Source: Bdellovibrionota bacterium (lineage in GTDB: Bacteria; Bdellovibrionota_C; UBA2361; OMII01). Taken from it: a DNA stretch of 60,787 bases. Below are positions 7,602 to 17,366 of the stretch, in pieces (positions within the stretch are counted from its first letter, which is position 1; each line of letters begins with the position of its first letter). The notes under the pieces were generated by a model. The model was not told the DNA's origin. It worked only from the letters and a program-made list of their open reading frames with translations, and made no database searches. The DNA lies in the NCBI GenBank assembly GCA_044351795.1, contig JBILFA010000006.1, positions 1 to 60,787 of the forward strand, in the 5' to 3' direction. Position numbers and translations under genes: made by a program.

Positions 7602-8882
7602 ATGACCCCCTCTGCCTTCTCGCGCAAAATTGCACTTCGCTATCTCTGGAGCAAACGCTCCGAAGCCTTCATATCGATCATCAGCGTGATCTCAGTCGTT
7701 GGGGTGGCGATAGGGGTAATGGTCTTGAACATCGTTATGGCAGTGATGACCGGGTTCGAACATGAACTTCGTGAGAAGATCGTCGGTACTGACTCGCATG
7801 TGGTTGTTCAAAAGGTGGGAGGACGCATCGACCGCTGGAAGGATGTGGCGTCGGAGGTGCAGAGGGTGAAAGATGTTATCTCTGTATCGCCGTTCACCTA
7901 CCATCAGGTACTCGTACGGACTGACGCCCGCTCCTCAGGGCTTCTTCTGCGGGGAGTCGAGAAGGATACTGCCAGTGCAGATCAAGTGAAGCGCTACCTG
8001 AGAAGTGATGAAGACCTTCCGCGCCTCTTCAACCCCCCACCGCTCCGTATTGAACTCTCGTCGGGAGAGGAGAGTGAGGCAAAGCTCCCGGGAATAGTTG
8101 TGGGGCATTCCTTGGCTCGCTCTCTGGGGTTGTATGAAGGGGTTCCCGTGTCCATCCTCTCCCCGCAGGTTACGTCGACCCCGTTCGGCTTGGTCCCCTC
8201 GTTTCGTCGTTTTTTGGTCGTCGGGATATACAGTTCAGGTCTAGTCGAATACGAAAGTGGGGTGGCGTATGTGAGCCTGGAGGAGGCCCAGAAGTTTTTT
8301 GGTATGAAGGACGCGGTATCCGGACTCGAGGTGCGGGTGAAGGATATCAACGCCGCGCCGATAATCGCACGACAGATCCTCGACCACCTCGGGGGTGCGG
8401 GCTCCGGGTTTACCGTGAGCGATTGGACGGCGACCAACAAACCGCTGTGGGACGCTTTGCAGCTCGAGAAGCGGGTCTATTTTATAGTGTTACTTCTCAT
8501 AATTGTAATGGCGAGCTTCTCAATTATCACCACCTTAATCATGATAGTGCTCGAGAAGCGTAAAGATATAGCGATCATGAAAACTCTGGGAGCCTCGACC
8601 AAGAGTGTCGGTCGTATCTTCCGCATCCAGGGTGCCGTGATTGGAGGACTCGGAACTGCTATTGGGCTTCTTTTGGGGTTTCTAGGGTGTGTAGTACTCA
8701 AGAGGTACGGGTTTCCACTCGATGAACGTATCTTTCAGATGTCGACGTTGCCGATTAAGATAGACTGGCAAAACTTTGCAGCTGTTGGAGTAGCGGCGTT
8801 CCTGATCTGTTTTTTTGCGACTATGTACCCGGCCAGACGAGCTGCCCGTCTCGAGCCGAGCGATGTGCTTCGTTATGATTAA
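7602..8882 (+). CDS. lolE: Lipoprotein-releasing ABC transporter permease LolC/E
   Basis: 'IALRYL...FISIISVISVVGVAIGVMVLNIVMAVMTGF', 'EKRKDIAIMKTLGA', 'YPARRAA..P..LRY'; adjacent to lolD. Confidence 0.93.
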   Translation: MTPSAFSRKIALRYLWSKRSEAFISIISVISVVGVAIGVMVLNIVMAVMTGFEHELREKIVGTDSHVVVQKVGGRIDRWKDVASEVQRVKDVISVSPFTYHQVLVRTDARSSGLLLRGVEKDTASADQVKRYLRSDEDLPRLFNPPPLRIELSSGEESEAKLPGIVVGHSLARSLGLYEGVPVSILSPQVTSTPFGLVPSFRRFLVVGIYSSGLVEYESGVAYVSLEEAQKFFGMKDAVSGLEVRVKDINAAPIIARQILDHLGGAGSGFTVSDWTATNKPLWDALQLEKRVYFIVLLLIIVMASFSIITTLIMIVLEKRKDIAIMKTLGASTKSVGRIFRIQGAVIGGLGTAIGLLLGFLGCVVLKRYGFPLDERIFQMSTLPIKIDWQNFAAVGVAAFLICFFATMYPARRAARLEPSDVLRYD

Positions 8883-8897
8883 TTCCAGAGTTTCCTG

Positions 8898-9611
8898 ATG
8901 CGTGTAGAGATTCAGCAGCTCACCAAACGGTACGACGATGCCGTTCGCATGTTGACCGTGATCAACGACCTGACATTCTCGTTCCCCGAGTCGGGGTCCG
9001 TAGCTATTATAGGTCGCTCAGGTATCGGAAAGTCCACGCTGATGCACTTGCTCGGCGGGCTTGATACACCAACGTCAGGCTCGGTTCGTTATGGGGAGCA
9101 CGTCGTCAGTGCAATGGATTCAGACCAACGCGCCGCTTTCCGCGGCAAGCATGTGGGATTCATCTTTCAATTTCACCATCTTTTGCCCGAGTTCTCAGCG
9201 ATAGAAAACGTATCGATGCCCCTGATTATCGCGGGTGTCGACGCGCGCTCTGCGCAGGCGCGTTCGGCCGTGCTGCTCGAGCGGATGGGACTCGCCCAAC
9301 GTATGGGGCATTTACCCTCGCAGCTCTCGGGTGGAGAACAACAGCGCGTCGCGATTGCCCGAGCCCTGGTTACTCAGCCTCAAGTTGTACTTGCAGACGA
9401 ACCAACCGGAAACCTCGATGTGAGTACGGCCGCAGAAGTACAAGAGCTGCTCCTCGAGATGAACAAGGAGCAGCGCAACACCCTTATCATCGTAACCCAC
9501 AGTCGGGAATTGGCCCGAAGCATGGACATGGTCGTAGAGATGCTACCTGGTGGGGGATTGATATCGCGAGAGTTGAGCGACGATGACGATCAGCCCGGAG
9601 ATATAGGATGA
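8898..9611 (+). CDS. lolD: Lipoprotein-releasing ABC ATPase LolD
   Basis: GRSGIGKST, GFIFQFHHLLPEFSA, LSGGEQQR, ADEPTGNLD. Confidence 0.93.
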   Translation: MRVEIQQLTKRYDDAVRMLTVINDLTFSFPESGSVAIIGRSGIGKSTLMHLLGGLDTPTSGSVRYGEHVVSAMDSDQRAAFRGKHVGFIFQFHHLLPEFSAIENVSMPLIIAGVDARSAQARSAVLLERMGLAQRMGHLPSQLSGGEQQRVAIARALVTQPQVVLADEPTGNLDVSTAAEVQELLLEMNKEQRNTLIIVTHSRELARSMDMVVEMLPGGGLISRELSDDDDQPGDIG

Positions 9612-11965
9612 ACATGGCTCAATCTTTTGACGTGGGGCTCGTAGCCTCCTTACGCATAGTCAGGTCCGGGGCTCGATGCCTCGCCCTGTTGTTTTTGCTG
9701 TCCAGCGGATTTGTGGGGCCTGGTATCGGTGCGGCAGAAGCGCAAACGGCTGGGGATACCTACGCCGTTTCGTCGATAGTCATCGAGGGCAACAGACGCA
9801 TCGATACAGACGCCATCCAATCTCTCGTCAAGGGGCGCTCCGGGCGGGTCACTTCCGAGCAGATATCTCAAGACATCAAAACACTCTACAACGCCGGATT
9901 TTTTGACCAGGTTAATGTGAGTTTCGGTGCAGGGCCGAGTGGGGGGCCGGTGCTCAAGTACACGGTCAAAGAGAAGCCGGTTGCTCGGAAGCTCTTCGTA
10001 AAGGGCAACAAAGAGGTGTCTGAGGGTGACCTCGTAGATGTGCTCAAACTAGAAGGGCGACGTTTCGTCGATAAGAACAAGGCGCAGGGACTGGTACGGA
10101 AGGGCGTTAGCTACTATCAGTCCCAGGGGTTCTATGATGCGGAGATCGACTACTCGCTCACTCCTGTCGGAGATAACGAGGTAGACGTCACGTTCAATGT
10201 CAAGGAGGGCGAGCGTTATCGAGTGCGCGACGTGGCATTACGAGGGGTACAGGAGCTGGATGAGGACGATATGCGTTCGAAGATACAGATCCAACGGTAC
10301 AAGTGGTGGAGTTCGTGGATCTTCGGTACCGGTCGAGTCAATCAAGAGATGATGGAGAGCGACAAGCAGATCCTCAGACAATATCTCGTAGATCACGGCT
10401 TTCTCGAAGGTACTGTAGGCGAAGCGTCGGTCGAGAAGCGCGAAGACGGTCTCTATGTTGTGTTCGATATAACCGAAGGCAATCAGTACAAAATAGGAAA
10501 GATAACAGCCGGGGGGGATTTGATTGACGGAAGTCAGGAAAAGACCCTTGATGAGATAGACTCTGAGGCAGGAGAGGTGTTCAGTGCCAGTAAGGTACGA
10601 AACGACATCTTTACTATAACGGATAAATTTGCCGATCAGGGCTATGCCTTTGCCAACGTGGTTCCAAACACAAACCTCAACAAAGCCGAAAAGACAGTGG
10701 ATGTCGAGTTTCAAACGGCAAAGGGTAACCTCGTCCGTGTCAACCGAATCAACATCACGGGTAACGAGAAGACCTATGACAACGTGATTCGTCGGGATCT
10801 CAAGGTACAGGAGCAACAGCTTTACTCGAGCTCGAAAATAAAGCGGAGCCAAACAGTTCTGCAGAGGCGGGGATACTTTGACGAAGTCAACATCTCTAAC
10901 GCACCGACGACCGACCCTTCCAAGGTAGATCTCGACGTGCATGTGAAGGAAGCGACTACGGGAAGCTTCAGTGCCGGGGCGGGGTTTTCGACTGCAAGCG
11001 GAGTTCTGTTCAACACGCGAGTTTCGGAGAACAACCTCTTTGGAACGGGCAGACGCGCGAACCTCAATATCGATGTCGGTAATCAAATCAACAATCAGAT
11101 CCTTTCTATCGACGATCCTCGAGTGAACGATTCGAATTTTTCATTGGGGGTCGACCTGATGAGAACGGAGCGATGGTTCGTGGATTTCGACCGTCAACTG
11201 ACCGGAGGATCTACCACCGTAGGCTATCCCGGGGAGGGGCTCGGCGAGTGGGCCGAAGATATATCCTTCAGCCTCAAGTACGAGCTTGTGGATGTTAACA
11301 TCAAGGACGTCGATGAAGATGCGGCGCAGTTGGTAAGGGACTCGGAGGGGCAAAGCACCTCATCGTCCGTTACTCCTAGTATCATCCGCAATACCATCAA
11401 CAACCCGCTCAATCCTACCAAGGGGTCCAAGCAGGTTCTGTCGTTCGAGTATGCCGGGCTTGGTGGCGATCAGCAGTTTCACCTCTTCGAGGCCCGAAAC
11501 TCGTGGTTTTATCCCCTCTTCGAGTCGGAGTGGGGCGATATTGTGATCTCCGATCGTACCTCGTTCGGGTACGGACAGAGTGACAATGAAGATCCCTTTC
11601 CCCTTTTCCGGAGGTATTTCCCCGGAGGCATCAATTCTGTGCGTGGGTATCGTTTCCGTCGTTTGGGTCCTAAGGATGAAAACGGTCATGAATACGGAGG
11701 TGCCAAGCAATTGGTCAACAATGCCGAAGTTATTTTTCCGCTGATTAATTCCGCCGGATTTAAAGGTGTGCTGTTCTACGATGCTGGACAGGCCTTTGAT
11801 GACGACGAACAGATTCAGCTCTCTGAACTCCGTTTGGGATGGGGATACGGGATTCGGTGGGCATCTCCACTGGGTCCGATTCGAGTTGAGATCGGCTATC
11901 CAGTTGATCCACGTGAGGGAGAGACGTCTCCGGTTACTATGTTCTCGTTCGGAGCGCCGTTCTAG
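9608..11965 (+). CDS. bamA: Outer membrane protein assembly factor BamA
   Basis: Five POTRA repeats, 'GNEKTYDNVIRR', VRGY motif, 'WASPLGPIR', terminal Phe. Confidence 0.95.
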   Translation: MNMAQSFDVGLVASLRIVRSGARCLALLFLLSSGFVGPGIGAAEAQTAGDTYAVSSIVIEGNRRIDTDAIQSLVKGRSGRVTSEQISQDIKTLYNAGFFDQVNVSFGAGPSGGPVLKYTVKEKPVARKLFVKGNKEVSEGDLVDVLKLEGRRFVDKNKAQGLVRKGVSYYQSQGFYDAEIDYSLTPVGDNEVDVTFNVKEGERYRVRDVALRGVQELDEDDMRSKIQIQRYKWWSSWIFGTGRVNQEMMESDKQILRQYLVDHGFLEGTVGEASVEKREDGLYVVFDITEGNQYKIGKITAGGDLIDGSQEKTLDEIDSEAGEVFSASKVRNDIFTITDKFADQGYAFANVVPNTNLNKAEKTVDVEFQTAKGNLVRVNRINITGNEKTYDNVIRRDLKVQEQQLYSSSKIKRSQTVLQRRGYFDEVNISNAPTTDPSKVDLDVHVKEATTGSFSAGAGFSTASGVLFNTRVSENNLFGTGRRANLNIDVGNQINNQILSIDDPRVNDSNFSLGVDLMRTERWFVDFDRQLTGGSTTVGYPGEGLGEWAEDISFSLKYELVDVNIKDVDEDAAQLVRDSEGQSTSSSVTPSIIRNTINNPLNPTKGSKQVLSFEYAGLGGDQQFHLFEARNSWFYPLFESEWGDIVISDRTSFGYGQSDNEDPFPLFRRYFPGGINSVRGYRFRRLGPKDENGHEYGGAKQLVNNAEVIFPLINSAGFKGVLFYDAGQAFDDDEQIQLSELRLGWGYGIRWASPLGPIRVEIGYPVDPREGETSPVTMFSFGAPF

Positions 11966-11968
11966 TTA

Positions 11969-13159
11969 TCAGGCCCGAATCGCCTCTACTCGTAGGAGCT
12001 CTTCGTTTTCGATAAACTGGTGTCGAGCGCGACGCTTCATCAACTCTACTGTGTCGTGATAACCAACTTCCATCAAGGCGTTGAGGTATTCAGGATCGAG
12101 AGCCACGTAAGACATCACCTCATAAGCGAGCTCCTCACCGAGCTTCGCCTTTACTAAGGTAAACAGAGGCCACAAAGCCCCACAGGCGTCTGTAAATCGT
12201 TTGCGAGAGCCGCCAATCGCCTGCTTCAGGAGAGGACCTAGGGCTTTCTGGTTCCGGATAGTCAAGGTTTGCGGGGGCCTGAGACAGAATGTGTCCTCGC
12301 CCGCGGGGACTTCCCAACTCGGTCGGGTATCGTGAGGTTCTCCATACCGATCAAACCACCATGAGCGACCTGAAATGTCGATAATTATAATGCGGTGCGC
12401 GCCTAGTCGTACTGCAGGATCGACGGGCACGTTTTGCGATATTCCGCCGTCCACAAGCCGAACCCTACCAGCGTCTGTATCGAGTTCGACCGGCGGGAGG
12501 ATTGATGGAAGTGCAGCCGATGCGAAGCCATGCTTCGCTGTTAGTTCGTTCACATAGCACATCTCGAAGCTTGCTCCTTGGAGCTCCTCGGGCGTCAACT
12601 GATGGTGCGAGCTGAGAAAGAGCAGTGGTTTGCGCTTCGCCCCCTCAATCGTCGTCATCACACCCACTGACTTCAGCGAGGGGCTGCGCCCCTCTGGGGT
12701 CAGACCGCCGTGCTCCCGAATGACAAAGTCCAGCTTTGTTCTAAGAGGCTCAGGATCGAGCACTGAACTTGATGAGCCGTGGGGGCCGGGCGCAAGATAT
12801 TGCTTGGCAGCGATCCGAATTGCTCGCAAAAAGGCCTTCGCACGAGACCCGGAGAAGGTGTTAGTAAAGGTTCGTTCGCGCCACAGCTCTTCGAGTACCG
12901 ACACAGCGTGCGGAACACCCTGTTTGAGGCATGATGCCAGGATCAGTCCATTGACCGCGCCGATGCTGCTTCCCAGGATGATTGATGTTCGTTCGAGATC
13001 CTTCCCCATCAACTGGGAAAGCGCTTTGAGGGCACCGGTTTGATAGGCTGCTCGGACTCCGCCTCCAGACAAAATGATTCCGATGTCACTCTCATTCGTT
13101 GCAAGCGACTGACGAAACTGAACCGATGGATGGTTTTCCGGCTGTGGCCGTCTCCTCAT
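11969..13159 (-). CDS. Patatin-like phospholipase
   Basis: LSGGGVRAAY, GSSIG nucleophile elbow, ASAALP, DGG. Confidence 0.9.
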   Translation of the reverse strand: MRRRPQPENHPSVQFRQSLATNESDIGIILSGGGVRAAYQTGALKALSQLMGKDLERTSIILGSSIGAVNGLILASCLKQGVPHAVSVLEELWRERTFTNTFSGSRAKAFLRAIRIAAKQYLAPGPHGSSSSVLDPEPLRTKLDFVIREHGGLTPEGRSPSLKSVGVMTTIEGAKRKPLLFLSSHHQLTPEELQGASFEMCYVNELTAKHGFASAALPSILPPVELDTDAGRVRLVDGGISQNVPVDPAVRLGAHRIIIIDISGRSWWFDRYGEPHDTRPSWEVPAGEDTFCLRPPQTLTIRNQKALGPLLKQAIGGSRKRFTDACGALWPLFTLVKAKLGEELAYEVMSYVALDPEYLNALMEVGYHDTVELMKRRARHQFIENEELLRVEAIRA

Positions 13160-13343
13160 ACAATCACGGGGTTGCGAACCCCTCCACTACCAAAGGTCGA
13201 CCAAAAATCAACTATCTTGAGGTTTTACATCGCAAGAATATCCGAAAGGCATATTCCGGCGTTGAACTCCTTCTATTTTTGATGCCTGAGGGGCTTGGAT
13301 CGATATAGAATTTCTTTTAAAACGAATAGGTTAATCGCGCCAC

Positions 13344-14027
13344 ATGCTGAATAATAGAATAGTCATAACAGTTGATGGACTCGCAGCTTCCGGGAAGACA
13401 GCCTTGGCCAAGGGGTTGGCAGAACGTCTTCATTTCGAGCACCTTAATTCAGGTTTGTTTTACCGTGCTACTGCCTTCGTGGCATACGAGCGTGGCGTGG
13501 ACCTCAACCAGGCAGACCCCGTGGCCGCCCTAGTGCGTTCCCACCGGTTTGACCTTGTTAAGAGCTCAGCAGACACAGTCGACTTTCTAATAGATGGAGT
13601 ATCTCGCATTAACGACCTCGTCGCGGAGCGGATCTCTGAAGGAGCATCTCTGGTGGCCCGACACCCCGAGGTTCGAGAGCTACTGTTGCACGCACAGAAG
13701 GATGCATTTCCGGGTACGGGATTGATAGCCGAAGGGCGCGATATGGGGACGATCGTGTTTCCGCTAGCGCCTGTTAAGTTCTTCGTAGAGGCAAGGCTTG
13801 ATGTTCGAGCAAAGCGACGAGCTGCACAGTTGATTCAGAAGGGGGAGGTAGTTGACCTGGAGGCGATTCAACGTGAATTGAAGGAGCGTGATGAGCGGGA
13901 CTCTCTCCGTGATGTAGCCCCGCTCAAAGTAGCCGAGGGGGCAGTCTTGATCGAGAATTCGTATGAGCCTCTCGAGACAATTATCGAGAGGATGTACAGA
14001 ACCGTACAGCCTTTTTTGCCGCGTTAG
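13344..14027 (+). CDS. cmk: Cytidylate kinase
   Basis: DGLAASGKT, SGLFYRA, AEGRDMGTIVFP, ERDERD..R.VAPL. Confidence 0.95.
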   Translation: MLNNRIVITVDGLAASGKTALAKGLAERLHFEHLNSGLFYRATAFVAYERGVDLNQADPVAALVRSHRFDLVKSSADTVDFLIDGVSRINDLVAERISEGASLVARHPEVRELLLHAQKDAFPGTGLIAEGRDMGTIVFPLAPVKFFVEARLDVRAKRRAAQLIQKGEVVDLEAIQRELKERDERDSLRDVAPLKVAEGAVLIENSYEPLETIIERMYRTVQPFLPR

Positions 14028-14072
14028 TTCGAAGACGTTTAGCATACGTAACACAGTAACGTGACGGAAGTG

Positions 14073-15161
14073 TTATTGTGGCGCCTCTACCCCGAGATTA
14101 AGCACGAAAGCAACGATACCCATCAAGATATTTGCCATCCATGCCGCAAGCGCCGGTGGCAAGAGCTCCGCTCTTCCCATCGAGATACTGAAGGAATCTA
14201 CCGCATAGTACATGAACGCAATGAAGATGGCCGAGAGTGAGCTGAATGCCATGCTTCCTGAGCGAGCCGGCCTCAGCGTAAACGGCAACACTACCAATCC
14301 AGTGATGAATATCACGAACGGAAACGCGAGCTTGCTGTGCATGTCAGGAAGATACTGCGTTGTCGATATTCCGTTTCGCTTTTGATCCTTTATAAAGCGA
14401 CGTAATTCACGATAGCTCATCGTCGTTGCATCACTTCGAAATTCGTAGAAATCAGAGGGCTTCTCTTTTACGGGGAGTGGAAGAGCTCTCAGCTTTTCTA
14501 CTGACATAGGGGTAGTTTCAAAGTGAGAGCGCGTGACGTCCCGCATACCCCATCCCACAACAGGGTCTATCCAGCGCACCTCCTTGGCATCAGTGCGCCT
14601 AATCACCTGCCAATTGGAATTAATCTCGAGATGAGAGAAGTCGTGAAGCGTATTAGTACGAGAATCGAATAGGTCTACGGTGTAAAAGTTCGGGCCTTCT
14701 CGCCACCAGAAGTCAGTTTGACTATAGCCTCCACGCTTGTCCTTCTGTCGAATATCGATATTGTAAAGCTCCTTCTGGCGACGTTCGGTCAAGGGAACCA
14801 CAACTTCGCCTAGGAGTAGCGATACGAGGGAGAGTAGCAGACCGAACGCCATGAGAGGCGTTGCGAGCCAGGTTATGGTTAGCCCGCTTGCTCGCATCGC
14901 GGTCATCTCAGAGCTTTTCGACAGAAGTCCAAAGGTGAATAGTGTGGAAAAGATGAGCGCTACCGGAAGCATCAAGTTCACCATCAGGGGAATCTTGTAC
15001 ATAAAGTAGCGCAGAGCAGTGAAAGCCGAGGCATTCTCTGCCAAGACATTGTCGAGGCGATCGAAGAAATCCACCATCAGAAATAGAAACACGAACATCG
15101 CCAGTCCGATCAGGAAGTTTTTTACCAGGAGGCCCAATATGTAGCGGTGCAAGATCTTCAT
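14073..15161 (-). CDS. lptG: LPS export ABC permease LptG
   Basis: YjgP/Q architecture, 'SEMTAMRASG', 'LPPALAAWMAN'; overlaps the lptF stop. Confidence 0.9.
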   Translation of the reverse strand: MKILHRYILGLLVKNFLIGLAMFVFLFLMVDFFDRLDNVLAENASAFTALRYFMYKIPLMVNLMLPVALIFSTLFTFGLLSKSSEMTAMRASGLTITWLATPLMAFGLLLSLVSLLLGEVVVPLTERRQKELYNIDIRQKDKRGGYSQTDFWWREGPNFYTVDLFDSRTNTLHDFSHLEINSNWQVIRRTDAKEVRWIDPVVGWGMRDVTRSHFETTPMSVEKLRALPLPVKEKPSDFYEFRSDATTMSYRELRRFIKDQKRNGISTTQYLPDMHSKLAFPFVIFITGLVVLPFTLRPARSGSMAFSSLSAIFIAFMYYAVDSFSISMGRAELLPPALAAWMANILMGIVAFVLNLGVEAPQ

Positions 15162-16402
15162 GTGCGCTTTAGGAATCTCCGCAGCGTTTCAAGTGTACGT
15201 CGACAATAATTTTGTGCTCCCTCCGAGACGGAGTGCCACTCTTCAGTGCCAAGCTTGTATAGGATCCAGGTCGCCAGAGAGGCGGTGATGACGTTGGGAG
15301 CCCACAGAGCAACTGCTATGGGTAGGCTTCCCTTATCGGCCAGCGCTACACCGACGGAGAATACCGAGTAGTAAATAATGAAGACTATCAAACCGAGCAG
15401 TCCGGCAAACCCCGCCCCCCAAGTGCGCTGAGTTCGAGGTGACATGATGCCGAGAGCTAGACCGACGAAAGCCATGATGAAGGCCGCAAACGGAAGGGAG
15501 AATCGCTGGCCGAGCTCGATTCGTGACCGACGGAACTTCTTGAGCAGCTCTTTTCGGGTAATCCTTTCACCAAACACCTCGAACGAGTCCTGCTGCTGTG
15601 GGGCGAGGAGCTCTCTGTAATATTCGATCTTTTCGTAAAGCTCAGGAACTTGAAGTTCTCGAGCGACGACACCCTTCTTGGTTTCGTCTCGAAGCTCGGA
15701 AGGATCCACGCTCAAGCTATTGGACGTAAATTCAGTGCGTGAATACCGACCGTCTGTCTGCTCGTGAGCCACGCCGTCTGCCAACAGCAGGGATATCGTG
15801 TGTGCTTTCTCGTCGGCTACTATACGACCCCGCTTTGATACCACTATCTTGCGTTGTGTGCCGTCACGCTTATCGTCGACGAGAACTCGAAAGAGATCCC
15901 CGGTCTGATAATCGATGCGTTCGGCATAGAGCGTTATATCTCCAAGCTTGTTGAAGACTCCCTGGGTGAGGCCGGAGATACTCTTTGATTTGGCGACGTC
16001 GAAGAGGGCAGTCGAGAGGGAGGCGAACCCCCATGGTCGTAGAGTGACTGACACCAGGAGACTCACAGCCCCTACCATCACCGCGAACAGTCCGATTGGT
16101 TTCAAAAAGTTGAGGATGCTGATCCCCGATGCTCGCATGACTACCACCTCCGAATCACCGCAGAGGCGCGAGAAGGCGAGCATTACACCGAGTAGAGTGC
16201 TCATTGGGAGCGCGATTTCGAGAAAGGTAGGGATGATCGCTATAAATACCCGAGCGATTTGGCTAATCTCCACTCCCCGGTTGATGATGAGGGATGTGAG
16301 GCGCAGCATCCGAAGAACGAGCAATAGCCCTGTAAAGGCCGAAAGGCTTATCAGGAAGAAGGTAGTGACCTCTTTGAGTATGTAACGAGAGAGGATCCTC
16401 AC
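15158..16402 (-). CDS. lptF: LPS export ABC permease LptF
   Basis: 'ILSRYILKE', 'RLCGDSEVVVMRASG', 'GVFN'. Confidence 0.9.
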   Translation of the reverse strand: MRILSRYILKEVTTFFLISLSAFTGLLLVLRMLRLTSLIINRGVEISQIARVFIAIIPTFLEIALPMSTLLGVMLAFSRLCGDSEVVVMRASGISILNFLKPIGLFAVMVGAVSLLVSVTLRPWGFASLSTALFDVAKSKSISGLTQGVFNKLGDITLYAERIDYQTGDLFRVLVDDKRDGTQRKIVVSKRGRIVADEKAHTISLLLADGVAHEQTDGRYSRTEFTSNSLSVDPSELRDETKKGVVARELQVPELYEKIEYYRELLAPQQQDSFEVFGERITRKELLKKFRRSRIELGQRFSLPFAAFIMAFVGLALGIMSPRTQRTWGAGFAGLLGLIVFIIYYSVFSVGVALADKGSLPIAVALWAPNVITASLATWILYKLGTEEWHSVSEGAQNYCRRTLETLRRFLKRT

Positions 16403-16602
16403 GCTGGCGCGCTTCCCACGATCAGTAAAAAACTCACTGAAAACGATACCCTCTTAAGTGGTTCGGCGCTAGCAGGGTGGTGAAAAAGTAGCTTCTAATC
16501 TGCGTGTCGATTCGCCGACAGTGGAGGTGCACGAAAGTTAAAATCGATAGCTACTGAGCACCAACGAAAGGGATCAAGGTGACTAGGAGCTTGGACCCAT
16601 GT

Positions 16603-16629
16603 AAAAAAGGGACCCTTTCAGGTCCCTTT
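16603..16629 (-). terminator. Intrinsic terminator of rpsU
   Basis: AAAGGGACC/GGTCCCTTT 9-bp stem with a U-tract on the minus strand. Confidence 0.8.
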
Positions 16630-16655
16630 GACGGATCGATAAACTTCCACCTCAG

Positions 16656-17006
16656 TTAGATGAGTCCTGGACCCTTCTTGAGACGAGCCTCGTCCTTACG
16701 CTGCTTCTTGCGCGCTTCCTTGATCTTGCGCTTACGCTTCTCCGAAGGCTTCTCGAAATATCGACGAGACTTGAGCTCTTTGAAGAGACCCTCTTTGATG
16801 AGCTTACGCTTGAGAATCTTCATCGCCTTCTCGATGTTGTGAGAAACCACAACCTCCATAGCTCCTGCACGGGCACGGTCATCAGCACCCTGTGAGCTGT
16901 ACCGAGAGTCACGACCGCGCGGAGAGTCCGATCCGCCCTCGGATGAGCCACCCTCGGAACGTCTTCCTTTGTTTTCCGCTTTTCCTGTCTCTACTTCGTC
17001 GTTCAT
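16656..17006 (-). CDS. rpsU: 30S ribosomal protein S21 with N-terminal disordered extension (core starts at 16859)
   Basis: 'VVVSHNIEKAMKILKRKLIKEGLFKELKSRRYFEKPSEKRKRK' S21 signature. Confidence 0.9.
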   Translation of the reverse strand: MNDEVETGKAENKGRRSEGGSSEGGSDSPRGRDSRYSSQGADDRARAGAMEVVVSHNIEKAMKILKRKLIKEGLFKELKSRRYFEKPSEKRKRKIKEARKKQRKDEARLKKGPGLI

Positions 17007-17053
17007 AGCTCCAACTACCATGCCTTGCGTAACTTTAATGATTCTTCCGATTT

Positions 17054-17181
17054 GGTCCTTGTTGTCTGAGGCGGAGACTATCCGCGCTGACTAAAGGACG
17101 TCCCAACCATTGACCCTATCTGGTTCGTCCGACTAGGGTTCACAGGTACTAATCCTCGCTGGTGCACCGAGGACCGGGGAG
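17054..17181 (-). promoter_or_regulatory. Structured 5' leader of rpsU
   Basis: Stems (+ strand coordinates): 17153-17158/17168-17173, 17112-17118/17134-17140, and 17055-17060/17094-17099 enclosing 17071-17075/17081-17085. An AT-rich promoter-like stretch lies at about 17182-17212. Confidence 0.4.
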
Positions 17182-17366
17182 TTTTAACAAAATAGTGGGT
17201 TATAAGTAAAGAGATAGACGGCTTACCTTAAAGAGGCGTGCATACGGGTAATCTGAGCGACACGTCCGTGGCGACGCTGCCGCTCGAGCTACTAGCCTCA
17301 AACGCTAGTAAATACAGTAAGTTAGCTGTTCCTGCGATATGCCAGCACATGAGCACAGGACTCGCA

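Noticed and set aside
7376-7627. Long overlapping N-termini of the Omp85 paralog and lolE in the ORF track
   Set aside because: The signal peptide and family N-termini indicate starts at 7375 and 7602; the gap holds the divergent promoters.
10238-11086. 282-aa antisense ORF within bamA (likewise 20258-20938, 27229-27915, 33214-33837, 52149-52823)
   Set aside because: Shadow frames of well-conserved genes, with no recognisable motifs.
17054-17181. 6S RNA upstream of rpsU
   Set aside because: It folds as separate short hairpins, not a long rod with a central bubble.
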